NCBI GenBank assembly: GCA_963832745.1
Contig: CAWHVC010000001.1
Location: 416,001 to 480,000 of the forward strand
DNA length: 64,000 nucleotides
Direction: 5' to 3'
DNA from: Candidatus Bathyarchaeota archaeon
GTDB taxonomy: Archaea > Thermoproteota > Bathyarchaeia > Bathyarchaeales > Bathycorpusculaceae
Shown here piece by piece: positions 39,289-47,356 of this stretch (positions within the stretch are counted from its first letter, which is position 1; each line of letters starts with the position of its first letter). The notes under the pieces were generated by a model. That model ran no database searches, was not told where the DNA came from, and was given only the letters and a program-made list of their open reading frames with translations. The position numbers and the translations under genes were made by a program.

Positions 39289-40154
39289 AGGAGCTTACCG
39301 TTTTAAGCGGCAAAGGCGGCACAGGTAAAACAAGCATAACAGCATGCCTAGCCGTGTTAGCAGGCAACTCGGTGGTTGCAGACTGCGATGTTGACGCACC
39401 AGACTTGCACATGCTGCTGCATCCTGAAATATTTGAGAGACAAACGTTTATGGGTTCAAAAGTTGCCCAAATTGATGCTTCAAAATGTGTTAAATGCGGC
39501 GCCTGCAAAACAAAATGCAAGTTTGACGCAATTTCGACTAATTTAAACATTGATGCCACCGCTTGCGAAGGGTGCGGCGTGTGCCTTTTAGCATGCAAAA
39601 TCGACGCGATCAGTTTGGTTGAAAGAATTTCTGGCAGCGCTTATATTTCGAAAACGAAGTTTGGATTTATGGCTCATGCAATGCTTTACCCAGGTGAGGG
39701 TAATTCTGGAAAACTGGTTACGTTAGTTAGGCAGAATGCCAAAATTTTAGCTACCAAGGAAAAGCTGGACTTGATAATTGTGGATGGTCCGCCGGGTATT
39801 GGTTGCCCGGTCATTGCGTCTGTTTCAGGAGTTGACGCAGGCTTGATTGTTGTTGAACCTACACTTTCAGGCATTCATGACTTAAAGAGGGTACTGCAGT
39901 TACTTAACCACTTCAAAGTGAAGCCGTACGTTTGCGTTAACATGTATGACATAAACCTTGAAAACACGCAACAAATTAAGGCTTATTGCCAAGAAAACAG
40001 TGTAGAGTTTGTCGGTAATATCCCGTTTGACCCCCAGTTTACCGAAGCCATGGTTAATGGACAAACCCTGATAGAATATGCGCCGACAAGCCCAAGCGCA
40101 CAAGAAATCAAAAGCATCTGGGAAAAAATGAAATCAGCTTTAAGCAGCCAATAA
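39285..40154 (+). CDS. MinD-like P-loop ATPase with ferredoxin insert (COG1149), second paralog
   Basis: SGKGGTGKT, DCDVDA, SGKLV and DGPPGIGCP motifs; ATG 39285 overlaps the previous stop. Confidence 0.92.
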   Translation: MKELTVLSGKGGTGKTSITACLAVLAGNSVVADCDVDAPDLHMLLHPEIFERQTFMGSKVAQIDASKCVKCGACKTKCKFDAISTNLNIDATACEGCGVCLLACKIDAISLVERISGSAYISKTKFGFMAHAMLYPGEGNSGKLVTLVRQNAKILATKEKLDLIIVDGPPGIGCPVIASVSGVDAGLIVVEPTLSGIHDLKRVLQLLNHFKVKPYVCVNMYDINLENTQQIKAYCQENSVEFVGNIPFDPQFTEAMVNGQTLIEYAPTSPSAQEIKSIWEKMKSALSSQ

Positions 40155-40183
40155 TCGGACATAACATTGAATGATGATGAGAC

Positions 40184-40666
40184 ATGGTAAACGAGATAAC
40201 ATACAAACCTATAGGCTTGATACATTCACCTTTCAAAGAGCCAAAAAACGTGCCCATACAAGCTTCCGCATCAGTTACAGTAGGAACGATCGAATTGTAC
40301 CCCGAATATGTCGAAGGGTTAAAAGACCTTGGAGGCTTCTCGCACATCATCCTGCTTTACCATTTTCACCTAATAAAAAACGTATCCATGCTTGTGAAAC
40401 CGTTTTTAGATGATAAATTGCATGGGATATTTGCTACTCGGGCCCCTGCAAGACCAAACCCTATAGGCTTATCAGTAGTGCAACTCAAAAAAGTAGAAGG
40501 CAACATACTACGCATCCAAGACGTTGATATCCTTGATGGTACACCTTTGCTTGACATAAAGCCTTACGTGCCAAAGTTTGACTATCGAGAAAACTGCAAA
40601 ATTGGCTGGTTCAACGAAAACCTTGATAAACTTTCCTCAGCAAAAGACGACGGCAGGTTCTGCTAA
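40184..40666 (+). CDS. tsaA: TrmO/TsaA-like SAM-binding tRNA methyltransferase domain
   Basis: PIGLIHSPF, GIFATRAP.RPNPIGLS and DGTPLLDIKPY motifs. Confidence 0.9.
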   Translation: MVNEITYKPIGLIHSPFKEPKNVPIQASASVTVGTIELYPEYVEGLKDLGGFSHIILLYHFHLIKNVSMLVKPFLDDKLHGIFATRAPARPNPIGLSVVQLKKVEGNILRIQDVDILDGTPLLDIKPYVPKFDYRENCKIGWFNENLDKLSSAKDDGRFC

Positions 40667-40702
40667 AAAGGGTTACTGGCAAGGATTAAAAAAAATAAGT
40701 GT

Positions 40703-40993
40703 TTATTGTTTTTGTTCGTTTAGTTTGGCTTGGATTTTTTCAAGTGTTTGCTGCATTGCTTTGACTTGTGTTTCTAGCGCGTTTTTTTGTTGCGTCAGTA
40801 ATGTGGTTTCGGCTTCTTTTGTTAGGTGTGCTGGTGTTGTGTTTGTTGGTTCAGCTATGTAGTACATGCAGGCGCCTCGTCCGTAGAGGTATCCGGGTCG
40901 TTCCCATGGCGGCAGGTTGCTGAATGGTCCGTTTCCTGGCCAGTTTCTGAAGCATCTTTCTCTTCCATTTCCGTAGCCATATCCATTTCCCAT
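40703..40993 (-). CDS. DUF5320-like protein
   Basis: WPGNGPFS.LPPWERPG..YGRG, then a coiled coil; GAGGTGA SD. Confidence 0.75.
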   Translation of the reverse strand: MGNGYGYGNGRERCFRNWPGNGPFSNLPPWERPGYLYGRGACMYYIAEPTNTTPAHLTKEAETTLLTQQKNALETQVKAMQQTLEKIQAKLNEQKQ

Positions 40994-41012
40994 TGTTTTT
41001 TCACCTCGTTTT

Positions 41013-41053
41013 TGTGCTTATGCACACAATTACTAATTATGAGAATATGCACA
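41013..41053. promoter_or_regulatory. Paired operator-like sites TG.G..TATGCACA
   Basis: Palindromic TGTGCTTATGCACA (41013-41026) and TGAGAATATGCACA (41040-41053) between divergent DUF5320 and DUF134 genes. Confidence 0.65.
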
Positions 41054-41101
41054 CAAATTTATAAGAGTTACGGAATATACACTAATCAAGGAGACATCAA
41101 A

Positions 41102-41407
41102 ATGGGCTACCGACACAGGCATGGAAAAAGAGGCAGAAACCCAAAACAAATCAACCTACCCAACCCCTCAGCAGCCAACACATTCACACCAACAAACCCT
41201 ACAAACCAAGAACCAATCATAATAGATTTAGCAGAAATAGAAGCCCAACGCCTCGTAGATTTTGAAGGATTATCCCAAGAAGAAGCAGGAAAAAAAATGG
41301 GCATCTCCAGAGGAACCATATGGCGCCTCGTACAAAACGCCCGCAAAAAAACCGCTCAAGCCCTAAGCGAAGGACGCCCACTAAAAATCGGTGACAACCA
41401 AACCTAA
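41102..41407 (+). CDS. DUF134 family HTH DNA-binding protein
   Basis: E.EA.RLVD.EGLSQEEAG.KMGISRGT.WR....ARKK.A.AL..G signature. Confidence 0.9.
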   Translation: MGYRHRHGKRGRNPKQINLPNPSAANTFTPTNPTNQEPIIIDLAEIEAQRLVDFEGLSQEEAGKKMGISRGTIWRLVQNARKKTAQALSEGRPLKIGDNQT

Positions 41408-41408
41408 A

Positions 41409-41810
41409 CTACAGAGTCTCTTTCCATTCCCAAATCTTTCCAACCCAATTATCAGCCATGTCAGTTTTGTATTCATGCAGACAAATCGCTTTGTTTAGCC
41501 GCATCAGTATTCCTGAAGAAGTCACTTGCGTAGAGGCGCCCCTGCTGATACCACCGTTTCCTGAAGGCCAACCAATCGAATTCATCTGCACATTAACTGT
41601 TTCACCAGCCATAGTTGTTATGATGCCTGTTCCTTCACCCATAAAAAGCCCGTCAGCCATGACACCGACTGTTGTAAATATTATCATTGCATCTATGCCC
41701 ATGATTTTTCCTTTTCCTTGCCCCGAGGTTTCGATTTGTCCGTCAGGTAGCACACGGTAAACAGTGTTTTTTCCTTTAAACTCGGCAATTAACTCTAAAG
41801 TCAACGACAT
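41409..41810 (-). CDS. Hypothetical beta-rich protein
   Basis: 133 aa Gly-rich ORF ending WEWK-ETL; GTGA SD. Confidence 0.7.
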   Translation of the reverse strand: MSLTLELIAEFKGKNTVYRVLPDGQIETSGQGKGKIMGIDAMIIFTTVGVMADGLFMGEGTGIITTMAGETVNVQMNSIGWPSGNGGISRGASTQVTSSGILMRLNKAICLHEYKTDMADNWVGKIWEWKETL

Positions 41811-41937
41811 AACGGTTCACTTCCTAAAGCAGAAATGTGCAGGGGCTAGATATGGTTATGTTGCTACCAGTTTACAGTCACAACATGCTGCCGAAAAAAT
41901 TAAATTGACAAGAAACCCCTTTTATTTGGTGAAACTT

Positions 41938-42357
41938 TTGCCTAAACAAGTAGCAAACGCAAAACTTTTAGAAAATGTAAAAATAGAAATCGACAACGGC
42001 CGAGGACACAAAGTAATCGCTGATTTGCCTGAAGCAAAAGGCGGCACAAACATGGGTCCAACAGCTTTAGAGTTGGCATTAATGGCGTTGGCTGGGTGCG
42101 GAGCCACTATTTACGCCGAAATTTGTAAGAACAGCAAAATTGACCCAGGGACCATAGAAATTAATGTTGAAGCCGAAAAAAGCCCTGAATCACCAATCAT
42201 AACGGGCGTAACCATGAAAGTAAACATTAACTCGCCAGCACGCAAACAACTGGTTGAGGCAGCTTGGCGACGCACAGAAGCAGCATGCCCTGTAGTGTTT
42301 ATTTTCAAAGAAAACATGCCTGTTAAGGTTGAAACTCAGATAACCGCAGGCCAATAA
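41938..42357 (+). CDS. OsmC-family protein
   Basis: D.P...GG...GP...EL...ALAGC and ACPV motifs; TTG start after GGTGA. Confidence 0.88.
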   Translation: MPKQVANAKLLENVKIEIDNGRGHKVIADLPEAKGGTNMGPTALELALMALAGCGATIYAEICKNSKIDPGTIEINVEAEKSPESPIITGVTMKVNINSPARKQLVEAAWRRTEAACPVVFIFKENMPVKVETQITAGQ

Positions 42358-42399
42358 GTTTCTCCATTATCCACTTTTTTGTTAGGGAGGTGAAAACGT

Positions 42400-42684
42400 T
42401 TGTTGTTTGTAGCCACAAATACCCATCCAGCAGCGCAGTGCCCTTTAAACACTGACCAAGGAAAAATGATGTTAAAACAGAATTTTTCAGAAGCTAACAT
42501 GCAGAAAGCCGGAATAAAGCTTCAAGGCGCCTACGTCAGTTGCCCCAAAGACTCCAGTGCAGAACATAAGGGATTCTTTACTGTTGAAGCAAACAGTGCC
42601 ATAGATGTTACCAAGTTTTTTGGACCTATGACTGTTGAGGTTAGGGAAGTTGTGCCTTTTAGTGAAGTAGCCAAGAAATTGTAA
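42400..42684 (+). CDS. Small alpha/beta protein with H-x4-CP motif (DUF3303-like)
   Basis: GGAGGTGA SD; THPAAQCP and H.GFF.VEA patterns. Confidence 0.7.
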   Translation: MLFVATNTHPAAQCPLNTDQGKMMLKQNFSEANMQKAGIKLQGAYVSCPKDSSAEHKGFFTVEANSAIDVTKFFGPMTVEVREVVPFSEVAKKL

Positions 42685-42785
42685 GCTAAATCAGTCCGAG
42701 TTTAAAACGGAAATAGTCCGGTTTTGGACATGTTAGAAAATTTTAAATGCAAATCGGCTGAATTAGTGCTTGAGAAGGCTCGAAA

Positions 42786-42971
42786 ATGGAAGAGGACATG
42801 CCATTTGTTACGAGGCAGGCTAACTGTAACCATGCCAAAGAACGCCATTATACACAAAGAAGATTTGACATTCTAAACGGTTACGAATTCAGTTTAACCT
42901 GCTGCATTAACTGCCACAAAACACTAGTCATGGATGTAAAAAAATTCGGAAGCAAAAAAGCTTCAAGCTGA
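42786..42971 (+). CDS. Small putative Zn-binding protein
   Basis: 61 aa with CNH...CCINCHK; TTTTAAAT box upstream. Confidence 0.6.
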   Translation: MEEDMPFVTRQANCNHAKERHYTQRRFDILNGYEFSLTCCINCHKTLVMDVKKFGSKKASS

Positions 42972-43394
42972 CTCTTTTGAGTCCTCTTTCTCTTTTACCT
43001 GCAAATATGGTTTAGCATCTTTAAGCAGTTCCAGTATGCGTTGGGTCTGCAGAGAAGTTAAGGAGCATTTGTCGGGTTCATTTAGAAAAGGTAGTTTGTC
43101 AGGGGCATTCTCGAGTTGATGTAACTCTTCCCAATTAACTTGAATGTTTTCTGAAACCATGTGCTCGTCAACGTCCATTGCCCAAGCGCCAGAATCCAAC
43201 GCGTCACCGCCCTCGTCTAAGGCAGTGAAGGGTCCAAGCAATGATTTGTCATCCAAGTTATAGAGGAAAACCACTGTGCCAGGCTTGATTTTGCCTTCGG
43301 GTTTGGTTTTTTGGTCTGCGCAAGTGTAAAGTTTTCGGCTTAGGCATTGTTGTTGGGAACTTTTGTTACAGAAAAGCACTATACCTGAATACAT
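42963..43394 (-). CDS. DCD-like (PUA/EVE-like) domain protein
   Basis: G.V.FCN..S...CL.R.LY...KIKPG..VFLYN.....L.G.F.A resembles the plant DCD domain pattern. Confidence 0.7.
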   Translation of the reverse strand: MYSGIVLFCNKSSQQQCLSRKLYTCADQKTKPEGKIKPGTVVFLYNLDDKSLLGPFTALDEGGDALDSGAWAMDVDEHMVSENIQVNWEELHQLENAPDKLPFLNEPDKCSLTSLQTQRILELLKDAKPYLQVKEKEDSKESA

Positions 43395-43610
43395 ACTAAT
43401 ACATCACTAACTTAAATGAAAACCAAGCATATAAACAATAAAGAAACAGAAAACCGGCAAAACAAAATTTTCTCTAGTCGGCAACTAGACAAATAATCAA
43501 TTAGGACACGTAGCCAAGCCAGTGCGAACGCTTGAGACGTTTCTTTTCAGGAAGATGATTACGAATGTAATCAGCGCCGCAAACGTTTCGAAGCAGTCAG
43601 CTAACCCGAG

Positions 43611-43672
43611 CCTATTTGGAGCCTAATCGGATCCTATTAGAGGTTCTATGTTGAAACCTATAGGGGGTAGGT
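43611..43672 (+). repeat. Dispersed ~62 bp intergenic element, copy B
   Basis: CCTATTTG-N11-GATCCTATTAG-AGG-TTCTATGTTGAAACCTATAGGGGGTAGGT; inverted copy at 5595-5657. Confidence 0.9.
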
Positions 43673-43722
43673 CGCTAAGGAACTTCGGCAAGCCAGTAAC
43701 ATGATAAAAACTAGCATTTGGG

Positions 43723-44445
43723 TTATTTGCCGCCATCTAACAGGCTTTTAAGGGTCAGACAGTTTTTAGGCGCATAAGCATTCACATCGTTGTTAAAGTA
43801 ACAATACACCTTTTCTGCGTTTACAGCACGAATTTTTTGTGCCCACTCCTGCAGTTCAGCATCAGAGTAATCACCAAGGTACCAACCGTTCCTGCCGTGA
43901 AATCGAACATAAACTACACTCACCGTCTTAACCAAATCCTGAGGCAACCCAAATGACGATACACAGCAAAACACCAAACCCTTCTCCCGCAAAAAATCGT
44001 AAACCTCACCGTTCCACCAGCTTTCATGCCTAAACTCCAATACGTTAACAACCTCAGGATCCATTTGGTCGGCGATTGTTTGTAGCAACTCCATGTTTTT
44101 GTGCATAAACGGCGGCAACTGAAACAGCACACAAGCCAACTTTTCCTTTAGAACCTTTGCGAGTCGGTAGAATTGGGCGGTGGTTTGTTGAGTGTTTTGA
44201 AATTTGCGTGTGTGCGTTATTAGCCGGTTGGCTTTAACGGTAAATTGGAAGCTTTCAGGGGTTTTTGTGTACCAGCCCTGCAGTAACGGTTCAGTTGGAA
44301 AACGGTAAAAAGTACTGTTGATTTCAACCGTGTTAAACTTGCTTGTGTAATATTTCAGCCACTGAGTTTTTGGTGTCCTCTCGGGATAAAACCTGCCGCG
44401 CCAGTGATTGTAGTAAAAACCTGAACAACCCAAAAAATAAGTCAT
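43723..44445 (-). CDS. DUF72 family protein
   Basis: GCSGF.Y.HW...FYP, VEINSTFYR, FQLPP, EFRH.SW, YVRFHG and YFNND motifs. Confidence 0.93.
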   Translation of the reverse strand: MTYFLGCSGFYYNHWRGRFYPERTPKTQWLKYYTSKFNTVEINSTFYRFPTEPLLQGWYTKTPESFQFTVKANRLITHTRKFQNTQQTTAQFYRLAKVLKEKLACVLFQLPPFMHKNMELLQTIADQMDPEVVNVLEFRHESWWNGEVYDFLREKGLVFCCVSSFGLPQDLVKTVSVVYVRFHGRNGWYLGDYSDAELQEWAQKIRAVNAEKVYCYFNNDVNAYAPKNCLTLKSLLDGGK

Positions 44446-44514
44446 CTATTTCAAAGTAATCAAAGGATTGCGGGATAAAAAAGTTAACAAAAACAAAAAA
44501 GAAAAAGGTTGAGT

Positions 44515-47130
44515 TTAGTGCTTACGCACCAAGTTTACTACGCCGATTAGTATGGCAATTATCACTGCTGCCAAGATTGCGACTTCAAAAGTGCTGATTG
44601 GCGCTTGCTCAATCTGTGACGAAGGACTAGGTGTTGATGTTTGAGGACCTTCGACTACGCCGACTGCTGTTGTTGCATATGAACTGCCGTATGACGCGCT
44701 ACCCACGAAGGTTGCCATTACCTTGTATTCACCTGCAAGGTCGGGTTGCCACATGAAACTGTATGTGCCGCTTATGTCGCTGACTGCGTCGCCGATGTGC
44801 ACGTTGTTGCCGTTGGGGTCAACTGCGTCGATTGAAACAGGGACTCCGACTGCGTCAACTGGCATGGGTCTGCCCATATGAAGGTATTCCATCCATGGAC
44901 CCATAAATTCGTCCGAGATGGCTGGCGTATCTGGTGAACCTACAGATTGGTCTAAGACTTGGCCGGTTATCATTAAACTGTCGCCGAGGTTAACTGCGGT
45001 CAATGGTGCATTGATGCTGGTTGAGCTGGGTCCTTTGCCGTAAATGTAGAGGTTTCCGTCGTACTCATTAGTTAACGCTAAGTAGCCATCTGCTAATGCG
45101 CCTTGCCAGTCACGTGAACCTGCAATGCCTTGGGCTAAGGATACGTTCCAGATTTCTGCTCCCGTGTAAGCGTCAAGGCAATAGAGTTTCCAGCCTCTGG
45201 TTAAGGGTTGACTTGGAGTGTGTTCGCAAGTGAAAGTGTAGTATTTGCCGTCGGCTATTTTTGCTGAACTGTGGAAAGCCTGCTCACCGTTGTAGGGTGT
45301 TTCGAAAGGTGCTGCTGGTGCGCTAAATGTCCATTCAATATCTCCGTTTGTCCAGTTGATTGCGTGAACTCCTGCGTAGTCTTCAGTAAAGTAGAAGCCG
45401 TATGCCGACTGTACATCATAAGCTCCGAAGACTCCCCAGGGCCAGTCACTTATTTCACTGTTCCAAACTACCTGACCGGTGTGTAGGTCCCAGCATCTGA
45501 TTGGTCCATCTTGCATGCGGCAAGCAAATTTGCCGTGGTCTGCAACCGCGTCAGAAGTGCTAAAGAATGTTTCAAGACCTGTTGACGCGTCAGTTGATGC
45601 ATTCCATAAAATTTGGCCTGTAAGCAAGTTTGCTGCTTGAAGTGTTTGACCGACTGCGACGCCTTGAGTGCCGTTTGCGCTTATTGAGCCAACGTTCACT
45701 GCAATCATTGATTCAAAATCTTGCGCTGTGCCAATGCTGCTCCAAGGCCAGGTTACGTTGCTTTTGATGCGTTGTGTAAAGTTGTCAACTGTTGTTTGTC
45801 CGCCACCACCGCCTGTTGTCCAAAAGCCCGCGTTGTTCTCAATTGTCCAGTTTATTAAACGGTATTTTCCGCCGCCCTGATTTTGAACACTTAGAACGTA
45901 TGGGTAACCGTACAGTGTGTTGCCAGATAGGTCACCTGATGGCCCGGTTATGTTTGTGACTATTGCACCGGTGAATGGGTCCCACTTGTATATTCTGCCG
46001 GGCGTGTTGCCTGAACCTGAAGTTATGGTGTCAAGGGTTACGGTTACGCCTTCTCTTGCAGTTGCGCCTGCAACTTCTGCGCCTTGTGCTTGATACTCAA
46101 TGAATGTGGGAACCAACGATGAAGTCATTGGGAACATTCCCCACATCAATGTTGTGTATGTGGCTGCTGGTTGTTCCCAGTAGAGTTCGCCTGTACGTAA
46201 ATCATAGCATTTCCAGTATGTTTGTGCGGTTGTTCCTGTACCAGGTTTTGAGTATGCTTCATAGCATCTACCGTTGTAGATTAGGCTTGGGTAACCTGCA
46301 CCTGTTAAGCCGCCTGATACTGTTGTGACTTGTCCTGCTGTTCCTCCGACCAAACCGCCGCTCATGTATGGGGTTTTCCACATTACGTGTGCGCTTTCAG
46401 GTCCCATAACGTAGGGAACGTATTCGTAGTTGCTCATGTACGTGTTTGTGTCTGCGGGCCAAATTGGTCCACCGCCCACAATGCCTGTGGATGGATAATT
46501 GCCCAAATATGGCCACCATTCCCTGTTTTCAGATGAAACGGGCCGTGTCCAGTAATCTGTTGGTGTTCCTGCCGGCGGAAAAGACATCACTTGGTCTTCT
46601 TGCACTGTAAAGTTAATCCACTGTGTGCTTGAGGGTTTGTAGTATGCTGATTCGAAGTAGCCTGATGACGCAAACATGCCTCCTGAAACGTATGCTGCCG
46701 GGAAGTATGTTCCGAGGAATTCAAATTTGGCTTGCCATTCGCCTACTTGGTCTGGCTGGTACTCAAAATATGCTGACGCGTCGCCTGCGTAAGAGTCAAG
46801 AGCTGGCATTACTTGAGTTGTTCCGTCAGGTTTCATGAAGGTTACAACGTAAGCTTGGCTGAAGTTGCGGTTGACGCTTGTTGGGGGGTGAAGCCACATG
46901 TTAACTAGAAGGGTTTGGCCTTTGCCGATTGGGTTAGGTGTTAGGGCTAGGTAAGCGTTTGTGGTTATTGTTACGCCGGGTGTGACGCCGTCAGGAAGAG
47001 CTCCGGTTACTTGGGTGTCGCCGGCTGCTGCGTTTGCTTGTGGGTTTATTGCTAGTGCTGCTGATGCTGTTAGTATTGCAATTACGATTGCTGTTGCGAG
47101 TTTTGTTTTTAAAAATTTGTTTAATTGCAA
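44515..47130 (-). CDS. Large secreted PQQ-like beta-propeller surface protein
   Basis: Signal peptide, D..TG..W repeats, C-terminal Ig-like domain, ST linker and TM followed by RKH. Confidence 0.85.
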   Translation of the reverse strand: MQLNKFLKTKLATAIVIAILTASAALAINPQANAAAGDTQVTGALPDGVTPGVTITTNAYLALTPNPIGKGQTLLVNMWLHPPTSVNRNFSQAYVVTFMKPDGTTQVMPALDSYAGDASAYFEYQPDQVGEWQAKFEFLGTYFPAAYVSGGMFASSGYFESAYYKPSSTQWINFTVQEDQVMSFPPAGTPTDYWTRPVSSENREWWPYLGNYPSTGIVGGGPIWPADTNTYMSNYEYVPYVMGPESAHVMWKTPYMSGGLVGGTAGQVTTVSGGLTGAGYPSLIYNGRCYEAYSKPGTGTTAQTYWKCYDLRTGELYWEQPAATYTTLMWGMFPMTSSLVPTFIEYQAQGAEVAGATAREGVTVTLDTITSGSGNTPGRIYKWDPFTGAIVTNITGPSGDLSGNTLYGYPYVLSVQNQGGGKYRLINWTIENNAGFWTTGGGGGQTTVDNFTQRIKSNVTWPWSSIGTAQDFESMIAVNVGSISANGTQGVAVGQTLQAANLLTGQILWNASTDASTGLETFFSTSDAVADHGKFACRMQDGPIRCWDLHTGQVVWNSEISDWPWGVFGAYDVQSAYGFYFTEDYAGVHAINWTNGDIEWTFSAPAAPFETPYNGEQAFHSSAKIADGKYYTFTCEHTPSQPLTRGWKLYCLDAYTGAEIWNVSLAQGIAGSRDWQGALADGYLALTNEYDGNLYIYGKGPSSTSINAPLTAVNLGDSLMITGQVLDQSVGSPDTPAISDEFMGPWMEYLHMGRPMPVDAVGVPVSIDAVDPNGNNVHIGDAVSDISGTYSFMWQPDLAGEYKVMATFVGSASYGSSYATTAVGVVEGPQTSTPSPSSQIEQAPISTFEVAILAAVIIAILIGVVNLVRKH

Positions 47131-47356
47131 TTTTACAATCTCTCCTTAATTTAGGTAGTCTCTTATGGCTTGCAATTTGCATTTAAATTGTTGTAAGTTA
47201 ATGGTTACTTAACAACTAATTCTTGGCGTGTTTTTTCGATTATAATTCCAAAAATGTATAAAATATTTCTATTAATTCAAAAATTTGAACCTCCAAAAAA
47301 AAATAACAAAAACAAAAAGTTCCACAACCCAAAAAACATAACACCAATAAATCAAA

